A stretch of DNA of 43,587 nucleotides from positions 1 through 43,587 of IMG/VR virus record IMGVR_UViG_3300022895_000015; one strand, given 5' to 3'. Position 1 is the first letter of the stretch, and each line of letters begins with the position of its first letter. Position numbers and translations under genes: made by a program. Source of the DNA: a virus. Lineage: Duplodnaviria; Caudoviricetes. The notes under the pieces are model-generated. The model was not told where the DNA came from. It did not search any database and saw only the letters and a program-made list of their open reading frames with translations. Below are positions 35,500 through 43,587 of this stretch, in pieces.

Positions 35500-35680
35500 C
35501 GGGGATCTGCTCGATGTGATCTGTCAGCACCATTATGGAAATCTCAATGGCACGGTCGAGGTAGTGCTCGATGCCAACCCGGATTTAGCCAGGGAGGCAC
35601 AGCCGTACCGCGCCGGCCTGTTCATATTGCTGCCCGATCTGTCAGCGCCGGCTGTCGAGCTGCTGCAGCTGTTCGACTGA
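35474..35680 (+). CDS. Tail protein X
   Basis: GD.LD.IC..HYG, V..ANP.LA. Confidence 0.92.
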   Translation: MATTCRTSDGDLLDVICQHHYGNLNGTVEVVLDANPDLAREAQPYRAGLFILLPDLSAPAVELLQLFD

Positions 35681-35697
35681 CCCGGTGTTACTCAAAC

Positions 35698-35725
35698 GAA
35701 GCCCCGCCCAGTGCGGGGTTTCTTG
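35698..35725 (+). terminator. Hairpin before gpD
   Basis: GAAGCCCCGC-CCAGT-GCGGGGTTTC followed by T residues. Confidence 0.6.
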
Positions 35726-35739
35726 TATCTGGAGTCTGC

Positions 35740-36783
35740 ATGAAACCAACGTATCGAATCATCGCGGACCGCAAGGACATTACCGCGCTGATCAATGACC
35801 GCCTTCTGCTGCTGCGGATCTCGGACAAGCCTGGCATGGAGTCGGACGAATTTGAGCTGCGCATTGACGACCGCGACCAGGTAGTGGCGCTGCCAGCGCG
35901 GGGAGGGGTGGTGGAGGTTCTGCTGGGTTACGAGGGCCAGCCACTTAAACGCATGGGCGCCTACACAGTGGACGAGGTGCAGTTATCCGGTCCGCCTGAT
36001 GAGCTGACCATTCGCGGCAAGGCCAGCGACATGCGCGGCAGCGGTAAGACCATCCGAAGCGGCAGTTGGGAGGGTGTGCCGCTGTCCGAGATCGTCACTG
36101 AAATTGCCAAGCGCAACGGCTGGGAGGTGGTTTGCCCGGTCACGACGAAGGTCGAGCGGATCGATCAGCGCAACGAGTCGGACTTCAACTTCGTCACGCG
36201 CCTGGCGCGGCAGTACGACAGCACTGCCAAGGTTGCCCAGGGCAAGCTGCTGGTGATGCCCCGGCAGGGTGGGAAGAGCACTTCGGGCAAGTCACTGCAG
36301 GTCATCACCGTCAACAAGACGGACGTGTCCCGCTATCAGTTCCGGCTGAGCGACCGCAGCACGCAGAAGGCAGTGAAAACCCAGCACCAGGATCAGAAGA
36401 CCGGCGCTTTGAAGGTGGTCCAGCTCGACAACGACGAATCGCCGGACGGCCTGCCCCCAGTTCACACCGACCGGCATATCTACCCCAACGAGACTGCTGC
36501 CAGACAGGCTGCCAAGGCGCGGTTGGCTGCGTTCAACCGCAGCACCGCCGGTGTGCGGCTGGAGATGGCGGGCCGGCACGACTTGTTCGCGGAGTGCACG
36601 GTGAATGCCCAGGGGTTCAAGGTCGGGCTCGATGGCGAGTACCTGGTGGAAAGCGTGGAGCAAGTGTTCACGGCCAGTGGGTGGACTACCACCGTGGAAT
36701 GCAACGGCGGCAAGAAGGGCAAGGCCAAGGCCTCGGGCAAGAAAAAGAAAGACGACAAGCCGCTCAAGGTTGAGCAGCTCTAA
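35740..36783 (+). CDS. Baseplate hub (P2 gpD family)
   Basis: D..G.ESD, LGY, DQ.NESD..F.TRLA. Confidence 0.92.
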   Translation: MKPTYRIIADRKDITALINDRLLLLRISDKPGMESDEFELRIDDRDQVVALPARGGVVEVLLGYEGQPLKRMGAYTVDEVQLSGPPDELTIRGKASDMRGSGKTIRSGSWEGVPLSEIVTEIAKRNGWEVVCPVTTKVERIDQRNESDFNFVTRLARQYDSTAKVAQGKLLVMPRQGGKSTSGKSLQVITVNKTDVSRYQFRLSDRSTQKAVKTQHQDQKTGALKVVQLDNDESPDGLPPVHTDRHIYPNETAARQAAKARLAAFNRSTAGVRLEMAGRHDLFAECTVNAQGFKVGLDGEYLVESVEQVFTASGWTTTVECNGGKKGKAKASGKKKKDDKPLKVEQL

Positions 36784-36820
36784 CCCCTATGGCCGCATAC
36801 GGCCATCACTGGAGAGACCA

Positions 36821-37390
36821 ATGGCTATCTCAGTTCAACAGCTGCAACAGATCCTCCCCAACGCCGGGCGAAAAGCCGGCGTTTTTGTTCCCGGCCTCAA
36901 CGCAACAATGGGCAAGTACTCGATCATCACCCCTCGGCGTATGGCTGCGTTCCTCGCACAAGTCGGCCATGAGTCTGGGCAGCTGCAGTATGTGCGCGAG
37001 CTCGGTAACGATGCTTATCTGGCCAAGTACGACACCGGGCACCTGGCGGAACGCCTCGGCAACACCCCGGCGGCTGACGGTGATGGTCAGCGGTACCGTG
37101 GTCGTGGGCTTATTCAGGTCACTGGCCGCGACAACTACGAGGCCTGCAGCGAAGCGCTGTTTGGCGACAGCCGCTTGCTCAATACCCCTGACCTGCTTGA
37201 GCAACCCGTCTATGCGTCGCTGTCGGCCGGCTGGTACTGGCAGCGGGCAGGACTCAATAGCCTCGCGGACAAGGTGCTGAGGGCCGATGACTCGGTGTTC
37301 GAGCTGATCACCCGCCGTATCAATGGTGGCCTGAATGGGTTGAAAGACCGCCAGGCGCTCTACAAGCGCGCGCTTGAGGTGCTGCAGTAA
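36821..37390 (+). CDS. Endolysin, glycoside hydrolase family 19
   Basis: FLAQ.GHES, YRGRGLIQ.TG..NY, ITRRINGG.NGL. Confidence 0.95.
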   Translation: MAISVQQLQQILPNAGRKAGVFVPGLNATMGKYSIITPRRMAAFLAQVGHESGQLQYVRELGNDAYLAKYDTGHLAERLGNTPAADGDGQRYRGRGLIQVTGRDNYEACSEALFGDSRLLNTPDLLEQPVYASLSAGWYWQRAGLNSLADKVLRADDSVFELITRRINGGLNGLKDRQALYKRALEVLQ

Positions 37391-37944
37391 TGCCGTTGAA
37401 TTGGCGTATCGCACTTCTGGCTGTGGCGCTCGGGCTCTATGCCGGCGGGCGTGGGGCTTGGCTGTGGCAGGCCAGCGATTACGGAAAGCAGCTGGCTGAA
37501 CAGGCTGCAGGTTATGTACAGCAGTTGGCGGCTAAGGATCGGGCTCACGGTCGTGAGCGTGAGGAAGCTGCAGCTGCAGCCCTGAAGCAATTGGCTGAAC
37601 AGAAAAGTCAGCGCAAAGACCTGGAGGATCGCCTGCAGGAGCAGGGCAAAACACATTGGAAGGAGATGAACGATGCACAACAGATTCAAGCTCGTCTGCG
37701 TGACAAGCTGGCTACTGCTGATTTGCGGCTGTCAGTCCTTGTCGACGCCGGAGCCTTTGCCGCCCCTGGTTGTGACAGTGGGGTGCGAGAAGCCGCCGGC
37801 ACCGGAGGCATGGTTCATGGACCCATTCGTGCCCAACTTGACCCAGCGCATGCTCAACGAATTATCGGCATCACCGACGACGGTGACCGAGGACTGATCG
37901 CACTGAAGGCCTGTCAGGCCTACGTCCGCGAAGTCACCAAGTAA
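37390..37944 (+). CDS. Rz-like inner spanin
   Basis: N-terminal TM helix, coiled coil, C-terminal L.ACQAYV. Confidence 0.85.
   Translation: MPLNWRIALLAVALGLYAGGRGAWLWQASDYGKQLAEQAAGYVQQLAAKDRAHGREREEAAAAALKQLAEQKSQRKDLEDRLQEQGKTHWKEMNDAQQIQARLRDKLATADLRLSVLVDAGAFAAPGCDSGVREAAGTGGMVHGPIRAQLDPAHAQRIIGITDDGDRGLIALKACQAYVREVTK
37673..37897 (+). CDS. Rz1-like outer spanin lipoprotein embedded in Rz
   Basis: AGGAG RBS, signal peptide with lipobox-like LICGC, Pro-rich mature part, +1 frame inside Rz. Confidence 0.8.
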   Translation: MHNRFKLVCVTSWLLLICGCQSLSTPEPLPPLVVTVGCEKPPAPEAWFMDPFVPNLTQRMLNELSASPTTVTED

Positions 37945-38046
37945 AAAGAGGCGAGCCAGGAGGATGCGTCAACATCCAGCCCGGCCCGCCGAACCCGCAG
38001 ACCCTTCCTGCAAGTCCAGCCGTGGCCTCTGCCTTGTGCACAAAGC
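37943..38046 (-). ncRNA. Candidate ~100-nt structured sRNA with SymR-like hairpin
   Basis: Minus-strand extended -10 TGtTAGGCT, AGAGGC/GCCTCT closing stem, GGATG-TTGACG-CATCC hairpin, terminal T5. Confidence 0.45.
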
Positions 38047-38062
38047 GCGGCGAGCCTAACAC

Positions 38063-38078
38063 CTGTTTATTCATACAG
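38063..38078. promoter_or_regulatory. LexA (SOS) box
   Basis: CTG-TTTATTCATA-CAG; minus strand reads TACTGTATGAATAAACAG. Confidence 0.8.
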
Positions 38079-38095
38079 TAAAGACTTGCATACCT

Positions 38096-38890
38096 ATGAC
38101 CTCTCCAATTATCCCCTGGATGGGTGGCAAACGCCGCCTGGCCGACCGCTTGATCCCCCTCTTTCCCCCTCATGAGTGCTACGTTGAAGTCTTCGCCGGC
38201 GGTGCCGCGTTGTTCTTCATGCGTCCCCAGCCCGCCCCAGTGGAGGTGCTGAACGATCTTAACGGTGACCTGGTCACCCTCTACCGCGTTGTGCAGAACC
38301 ACTTGGAAGAGTTTGTGCGCCAGTTCAAATGGGCGCTGAGCTCTAGGCAGATCTTTGAATGGCAGAAGATGACGCGCCCTGAAACTCTGACCGATATCCA
38401 GCGTGCGGCTCGGTTCTTCTACCTGCAACAACACGCGTTCGGCGGTAAGGTCACCGGGCAGACGTTCGGTACCGCCACCACCGGGCCAGCCATCAACCTG
38501 CTGCGCATCGAGGAGAACCTGTCCGCCGCCTGGCAGCGCCTCGCTGGCACCTACGTTGAGAATCTCTCCTGGCTCGACTGCGCCGAACGCTACGATCGAG
38601 CACATACGTTTTTCTACATGGACCCGCCATACTGGCAGACTGCCGGTTATGGCGTGGATTTCCCGTTCGATCAGTACGAGCGCATGGCTGAATTCATGCG
38701 TCACTGCAAAGGTAAAGTAATGGTCAGCATCAACGATCACCCCGATATCCGGCGGGCCTTCGAAGGCTTTCGCTTTGAGTGCTTGGGTATTCGCTACACC
38801 ACCACGAACCAAAGGCAGAGTAAGGCTGATGTCACTGGTGAGTTGGTGATCACGAACTGGCAACCAGACGAGCTTGGCCAGCTGTTCTGA
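38096..38890 (+). CDS. Orphan Dam/D12-family adenine methyltransferase
   Basis: WMGGK, YVEVFAGG, EVLND.N, DPPY. Confidence 0.94.
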   Translation: MTSPIIPWMGGKRRLADRLIPLFPPHECYVEVFAGGAALFFMRPQPAPVEVLNDLNGDLVTLYRVVQNHLEEFVRQFKWALSSRQIFEWQKMTRPETLTDIQRAARFFYLQQHAFGGKVTGQTFGTATTGPAINLLRIEENLSAAWQRLAGTYVENLSWLDCAERYDRAHTFFYMDPPYWQTAGYGVDFPFDQYERMAEFMRHCKGKVMVSINDHPDIRRAFEGFRFECLGIRYTTTNQRQSKADVTGELVITNWQPDELGQLF

Positions 38891-39191
38891 CCCTGAACCT
38901 ATAAAGAAAATTTAAGGCAAAAAGCGGGACTGTATCGGTCAGCGCCGCTGACGTTGAAGACTGGCTGCTAAGGCTGCCGATTCTGTAATCAGGCTGCTTG
39001 CGTCTGGGACAGCGTTGAAACGGAGCCTGAGTCCTACCCGCCCATGGTCCTTGGTTGCTAAAGTGTGGCTTGCATAAGGGCATTGGGGTGTGTCTTCACT
39101 TGCACCCTAGGGAAGTCAGTGCGAGATGGAGCGAGTGTCCATACAATTCCGCGCATGGCCGCCAAAATTACGCAAAGCATCAGGAGATGAC

Positions 39192-40235
39192 ATGGACCTC
39201 CCCGGCGAAAAGCTAGTGATAAAGCTTTGGGAAACATTAACGGAAAAAGGCCTTGGTGCGCTGCTCTCACCATGGCAAGTCGGCCGAGAGGGGCGGGCCC
39301 GAAACGAAATTCGACGACATGAAATTCTCATGCTAGCCCAAGCAGAGGCAGACGCCGCTGATATCCGGTCTGGCAAGAAAAAACTTCGTTCAGACGGCAC
39401 TTTACTGCTCGCTAATACTGAAGAGACAGCGTCCGTTATTGACGAGCGAATTGAGCCAACCCTCGGTCTGTGTAAAGCCGTAGAGTACGGTAATAGAAGT
39501 TCAGTAGCAGCAGCAGCTCGATCAGAAATCAATGCCTCGAGAGCCATACTCTTTGCAGAAGAGGAACTTGCAGCAGATGGGCAAGTCCCCCCAGATCGAA
39601 CAGTTGACGATGACTGGCTCTTCGCGTGGCGCGAGCAGGCGGGCAAAGTTTCTAATGAGGATCTACAGCGGATGTGGGGTAGCGTTTTAGCTGGTGAGGT
39701 TAAAGCTCCTGGTCGATATTCGATTCGGACGCTGGAGTTTTTGAAAATGCTCTCCAAAACAGAAGCCGAAACGATCAGTAAGCTGGCGAGATATATCATC
39801 GCCGGTTCTATTGCTCGGAACCAGCTTAAGCACTTAGAGTCCAATGGTGTTTCCTTCTCTATGCTTATGCAGATGCAAGAATTGGGCGTGCTTTCGGGTG
39901 TTGAATCTATTGGGCTCTCCACAACATATCAATCTGCTCTTAAAGATAGATTTCTTCGAGGCTTTATCTCTCATGGCAAGATATTAATACTTGAGCACGA
40001 GGATCCCCACAAAACTGTCGATTTCGAAATATACGTGCTTACAGCTGTAGGCGAGCAATTACTCGAACTGGGTTCGTTCGAACCTGATCTGGAGTACTTG
40101 CGGCTCGTTGGGAGGGAATTTGCCGGCAAAGGGTTTACTGTCAAGCTCGCGGACTGGGTAAGCACATCTGATACATCAGGACGGTTCTATAACGCACAAG
40201 ATATTACATTTGGCACGGCTGCACCTCTAATGTAA
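39192..40235 (+). CDS. DUF2806-like accessory protein
   Basis: CAGGAG RBS before ATG 39192; VD.DWL..W...A..VS.E.LQ.MW..VLAGE...PG.YS.RTL.FL pattern. Confidence 0.75.
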   Translation: MDLPGEKLVIKLWETLTEKGLGALLSPWQVGREGRARNEIRRHEILMLAQAEADAADIRSGKKKLRSDGTLLLANTEETASVIDERIEPTLGLCKAVEYGNRSSVAAAARSEINASRAILFAEEELAADGQVPPDRTVDDDWLFAWREQAGKVSNEDLQRMWGSVLAGEVKAPGRYSIRTLEFLKMLSKTEAETISKLARYIIAGSIARNQLKHLESNGVSFSMLMQMQELGVLSGVESIGLSTTYQSALKDRFLRGFISHGKILILEHEDPHKTVDFEIYVLTAVGEQLLELGSFEPDLEYLRLVGREFAGKGFTVKLADWVSTSDTSGRFYNAQDITFGTAAPLM

Positions 40236-40718
40236 GTTTTCAGTTGAGCCGAAAAGCATTGGTACGATGAGGAGATACCATGATGCGCAATCGTCAGGCC
40301 GCTCGGAAATTGAAGTCTAACGACTGCGTATCGTGGCCGAATTCATGTTTCAGGCGATTGCGGATCATAACCCACGGGCTCTTGGGCACCCCACTGTTCC
40401 AAGCCACTAACTGTAGCGGAGGGGCAAAATTGGGGAGAGCCGCATGTCTTGCTATGCCAAATTTTTAGTCCTCTTTTGCGGCTATGTCTCAGTAGAAAGA
40501 CGCGCCAGACTCATCTACCTCTTTGCCTGGAACGCCCATTCCGTGCCTGTAGCAGCACATTCGGGGGCTGCTACACCGTTTGACGATCACAGAAGCGAGC
40601 TGAGATTGTTCGGGAATAACATTAGTGTCAGGCTCCTGCCTCAACATGAGTGGTATTGACAATTTCAGATAAATATAGCAGTTTATGGAGTTTCGTTAAA
40701 CGGACTTGAGAATTAGTT

Positions 40719-41849
40719 ATGGCCAAAGCTAAAGTCACTCTTCGTGAGCTTGAAGAGCGCTACCAAAGAGAAGATCGTGGGGTTTCCCAAGAGAGAAGTG
40801 ATTTTCTTTTGCCTCAGATTCTCGATTTTGTGAACCAGAAAAAATGGATGAACTTACAGCCTGAATATCAGCGTCGCCAAGTTTGGGATCGGAAGAAGAA
40901 GTCTCAATTCATTGAGTCGCTTTTGATGAATCTTCCAGTGCCGCCTGTGTTTCTCTTCGAGCCCGAATATAGTCGCTATGAAGTGATGGATGGGCAGCAA
41001 CGGCTTTCGGCGATAGTTGCCTTCTATTCTAATAGATTCAAGCTTTCTGGTTTGGAGCATTGGCCGGAATTAAATGGTTTTTTATATGATGACCTGCCTC
41101 CGTTAATTCAGCGAGGGCTAGATCGTCGTCGTCTTTCGGCTGTGGTTCTGCAAAGTAATGCCGGGGTGGAAGACTATGATGAGCTCAGGAAAATAGTATT
41201 TGAGCGTTTGAATACGGGTGGTCAGAAGCTGAATGCTCAAGAGTTGCGGAACTGTATATACTCTAGTGAGTTTGCAAAGCTGCTTGTTGAGCTGGCAGGG
41301 TATTCTACCTTTAACGATCTTTTGGGTGTGCCTCGGTATGACGACTATATCGTAAGGGGACAGATTGCTCAGGAGCTGGCAGAGAACGCTTTCTTCAAGC
41401 GAATGATAGACTGTGAATTGGTTCTCAGATTCTTTGCGTTTCGCCGGAAAGCGAATATCAAGGGTTCGGTTAAATCTGTGCTGGATAAGTGCATGATGGC
41501 TAATTTGGAAACTAAGCTCGACGACGTAGAGCTGCAGGCGGAAGAGTTTCGCTCCCGAGTTGATATGGCATCTGAATTGTTTGGTGTGGACGCATTCAAA
41601 ATTCGTGAATTCAATAAGGATCAAAAAAAGGTATCGCCGCCTTTCTATGATGCGATAATTATTGCCTGCGATCGCCAGTTCGCAAATCGAGCCGCGTTGG
41701 TAAAAAAACGGGTAGCATTGAGAAAGGCTTTGGATGCGGAGCTTGCCAAGGAAGATGTTTATGAGCTGATCGTTGGGCGGGCTAATACATCTGAAGCGAT
41801 TCGGCAAAGACTTGATCTTGTTGAAAAAATATTCGTCGGTGTGCTTTGA
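40719..41849 (+). CDS. DUF262 (ParB/GmrS-like) domain protein
   Basis: P.YQR..VW, FIESLL.N.P.P, EV.DGQQRL, FERLN. Confidence 0.9.
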   Translation: MAKAKVTLRELEERYQREDRGVSQERSDFLLPQILDFVNQKKWMNLQPEYQRRQVWDRKKKSQFIESLLMNLPVPPVFLFEPEYSRYEVMDGQQRLSAIVAFYSNRFKLSGLEHWPELNGFLYDDLPPLIQRGLDRRRLSAVVLQSNAGVEDYDELRKIVFERLNTGGQKLNAQELRNCIYSSEFAKLLVELAGYSTFNDLLGVPRYDDYIVRGQIAQELAENAFFKRMIDCELVLRFFAFRRKANIKGSVKSVLDKCMMANLETKLDDVELQAEEFRSRVDMASELFGVDAFKIREFNKDQKKVSPPFYDAIIIACDRQFANRAALVKKRVALRKALDAELAKEDVYELIVGRANTSEAIRQRLDLVEKIFVGVL

Positions 41850-42647
41850 ATGAGCGGCGATAACAGGAAGCTGTCGCCAGCCAAGGTGGCATATGAAAGC
41901 TTATTGGAGCTCAATGCTGAGTGGCAAGCCTGGATTATAGGTGCGAGTGAGTTTGAAAACGCAATCAAGCCTCATATGCCTTGGGAAAAATTGGGCAATT
42001 GGCATAAGCAGGTTATAAGCCAGAGGCTTGCTACGTCGCAGCCAGATACCCAGTTGTTGGTCAACTCTTTCTATGTGACGATGGTCGCAGGCTTTGAGGA
42101 ATACCTGCGTGCATTGATTAGGGAGGTTGTATCAGCCTTAAACTCTAGCGGGAAAAAAGCTTCCGATGTAAATCCGTCGATCGTTAAGTCGCATATTAAG
42201 GAGGCTGCTGGTTTGCTTCGTAGAATAGATTCGCCTCCAGACTATATGGCTATAAATGCAGATGACTTATGTCGCAGTATTGGAAGCTGTGTAGCAGGAT
42301 CTAACCGTTTGGAATTCAGCGTGGATGCTTTGGCGTATATTGAAAGTCCGATAAAAATGGACAACTTCTTCGGTCGTCTGAGTGATTTTGGTATATCGAT
42401 CGGTTGGGATGTTCTAGGTGGCAGCGCTCAGCTGAAAGATGCGCTAAAAATGTCGGGCGGAATTGGAAGTCGTGATGTAGGCAAAGCGGCTAAAACTGAG
42501 ATCGAGAGAGTCGCTCGCTTCCGGAACCGGATCGCGCATACAGGAGGTCATGCGGCAGATGTTAGTGCTCAAGTAATTGCTCAAGATTCGGAGTTTTTGA
42601 AAGCTTTATGCTGGAGCGTTGATTCTGTTGCTTACCCGCAGAAGTAG
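41850..42647 (+). CDS. HEPN-domain putative RNase
   Basis: N-terminal FEEYLR helix and C-terminal Rx4H motif RNRIAH; abuts the DUF262 stop (TGA-ATG). Confidence 0.82.
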   Translation: MSGDNRKLSPAKVAYESLLELNAEWQAWIIGASEFENAIKPHMPWEKLGNWHKQVISQRLATSQPDTQLLVNSFYVTMVAGFEEYLRALIREVVSALNSSGKKASDVNPSIVKSHIKEAAGLLRRIDSPPDYMAINADDLCRSIGSCVAGSNRLEFSVDALAYIESPIKMDNFFGRLSDFGISIGWDVLGGSAQLKDALKMSGGIGSRDVGKAAKTEIERVARFRNRIAHTGGHAADVSAQVIAQDSEFLKALCWSVDSVAYPQK

Positions 42648-43114
42648 GCGCACCGCTTTATCGCAGCGCTAAGACGCTCCTATGCTTCTGATATAGCATT
42701 TATCCAGTCTTACCACGCACTGATAGAGGCCGCTTAGTATCGCCGAACGAATCGCGGACAAAAGAAAGCCCACCAAGGTGGGCAAGTCAATTGCTTTAGA
42801 TTGCACGTGCGAGCGTGAAATCTGTGAAGCACCATTCGTAGTTGTTTCATCTTGACGCAGGTCACGAGTTCGTAGCTGCCTCACTCAGAAAGCCTGTGAT
42901 TAGGCTGTGATGTGGGTAATAGATAGGGGATGCGCTCAAGTCTTCGAAGGATTGAGTGGTATAAAAATGGTACGCATCTAGGTCGGCTAAGCCGTAAGCC
43001 TCGTAATACGTAGGCTACGGAGAAAATGTGCCCAATCCATCATCGGTGGTGGTGCCAGCAGCACGGTCTGGCTCGGCCGATGAAGCATAGGCGGCGGCGG
43101 GCAGCTTTGTTGGT

Positions 43115-43324
43115 TTAAGACCGTAGGCGCTCGAGCCCGATCGAGATTGCTTCAGCGTTGGTGTCCAGCGTCATCAGGGCCGCCATGACGTTGTCGTGGA
43201 TGTGGATCGAGCCACGTTGACTGACCCAGAGGGACAGCTCCTCCAACGCTGCTCTGATGGCAGTTTGATTGAGTAGCAGCAGCTCCAGGGCGTCTGCTGC
43301 GATTGCGGCTTTTTCGTCCATCAT
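43115..43324 (-). CDS. Small hypothetical protein
   Basis: AGGAG RBS; 69-aa helical ORF. Confidence 0.6.
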   Translation of the reverse strand: MMDEKAAIAADALELLLLNQTAIRAALEELSLWVSQRGSIHIHDNVMAALMTLDTNAEAISIGLERLRS

Positions 43325-43349
43325 GGTACTCCTAGTACCGTAGATAATT

Positions 43350-43367
43350 TAGGGCAAATTTAGGGCA
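43350..43367 (+). repeat. Candidate integrase arm-type sites, right
   Basis: TAGGGCA at 43350 and 43361 (11-bp period). Confidence 0.7.
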
Positions 43368-43460
43368 GATTCTAGGACGCTTGAGGCCCGATTGGGCCAT
43401 TTGCTCGGTCGAGGATAGCCGTTTTTACTGGCCTATTGTGGCCTGTTGAGCTTGTCGGGC

Positions 43461-43490
43461 GGGTTCAAATCCCTATCTCTCCGCCATACA
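43461..43490 (+). repeat. attR core
   Basis: Identical to 98-127. Confidence 0.96.
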
Positions 43491-43500
43491 TGTGGTAGAT

Positions 43501-43540
43501 GAAGCCCCTGAAAACGATGAGTTTTCAGGGGCTTTTTCGT
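43501..43540 (+). terminator. Displaced host tRNA terminator
   Basis: AAGCCCCTGAAAAC/GTTTTCAGGGGCTT followed by a T-run. Confidence 0.85.
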
Positions 43541-43587
43541 TGGTCTCTAATACGCCCTCATCGGTCGCCTGGTCGGCGTCATAAAAG

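Larger units (their letters stand above)
98..43490. mobile_element. Complete temperate prophage (lambda-like head, P2/R-pyocin-like contractile tail)
   Basis: Flanking 30-bp direct repeats, integrase, repressor switch, replication, head, tail and lysis modules all present with open frames. Confidence 0.96.

Noticed and set aside
37964-38059. 31-aa plus-strand ORF upstream of the Dam gene (Com-like?)
   Set aside because: AGGAGG directly abuts the ATG and there is no Com-type CxxC pair
40280-40659. Short ORFs between the cargo genes (also 226-442 and 42669-42884)
   Set aside because: No recognisable motifs; more likely intergenic or relic DNA

Overview
The window is one apparently complete ~43.4 kb temperate prophage of a Pseudomonas-type host, integrated at the 3' end of tRNA-Ser(CGA) (34-123). 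It is bounded by a perfect 30-bp direct repeat (98-127 and 43461-43490). Gene order: a toxin-antitoxin-chaperone (RelE/HigB-like + HTH + SecB-like) cassette between attL and the integrase; int/xis and a leftward early operon with a C5 methyltransferase and a PrtN-like gene; a cI/cro switch with five operators; cII-like, TraR-like and primase-helicase genes followed by an iteron origin; a late regulator and holin; a lambda-like head; a P2/R-pyocin-like contractile tail; GH19 endolysin and Rz/Rz1; a Dam-family methylase; then an AT-richer right-end cargo (DUF2806-like gene, DUF262 + HEPN pair). The least explained signals are non-coding. (1) A two-part motif (TCACCAC in an inverted-repeat loop, followed by GCACAGC[AC]) recurs in three early leaders, and its complement lies in a short terminated RNA at the late promoter. 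(2) Four 11-bp-phased repeats sit upstream of the late promoter. (3) A LexA-boxed SymR-like small RNA candidate lies upstream of the Dam gene. (4) The tail chaperone appears to use a +1 (CUU-UAA) rather than -1 frameshift. (5) The tape-measure protein has a Pro-rich repeat expansion. All family assignments come from motif recognition and synteny; no searches were run.
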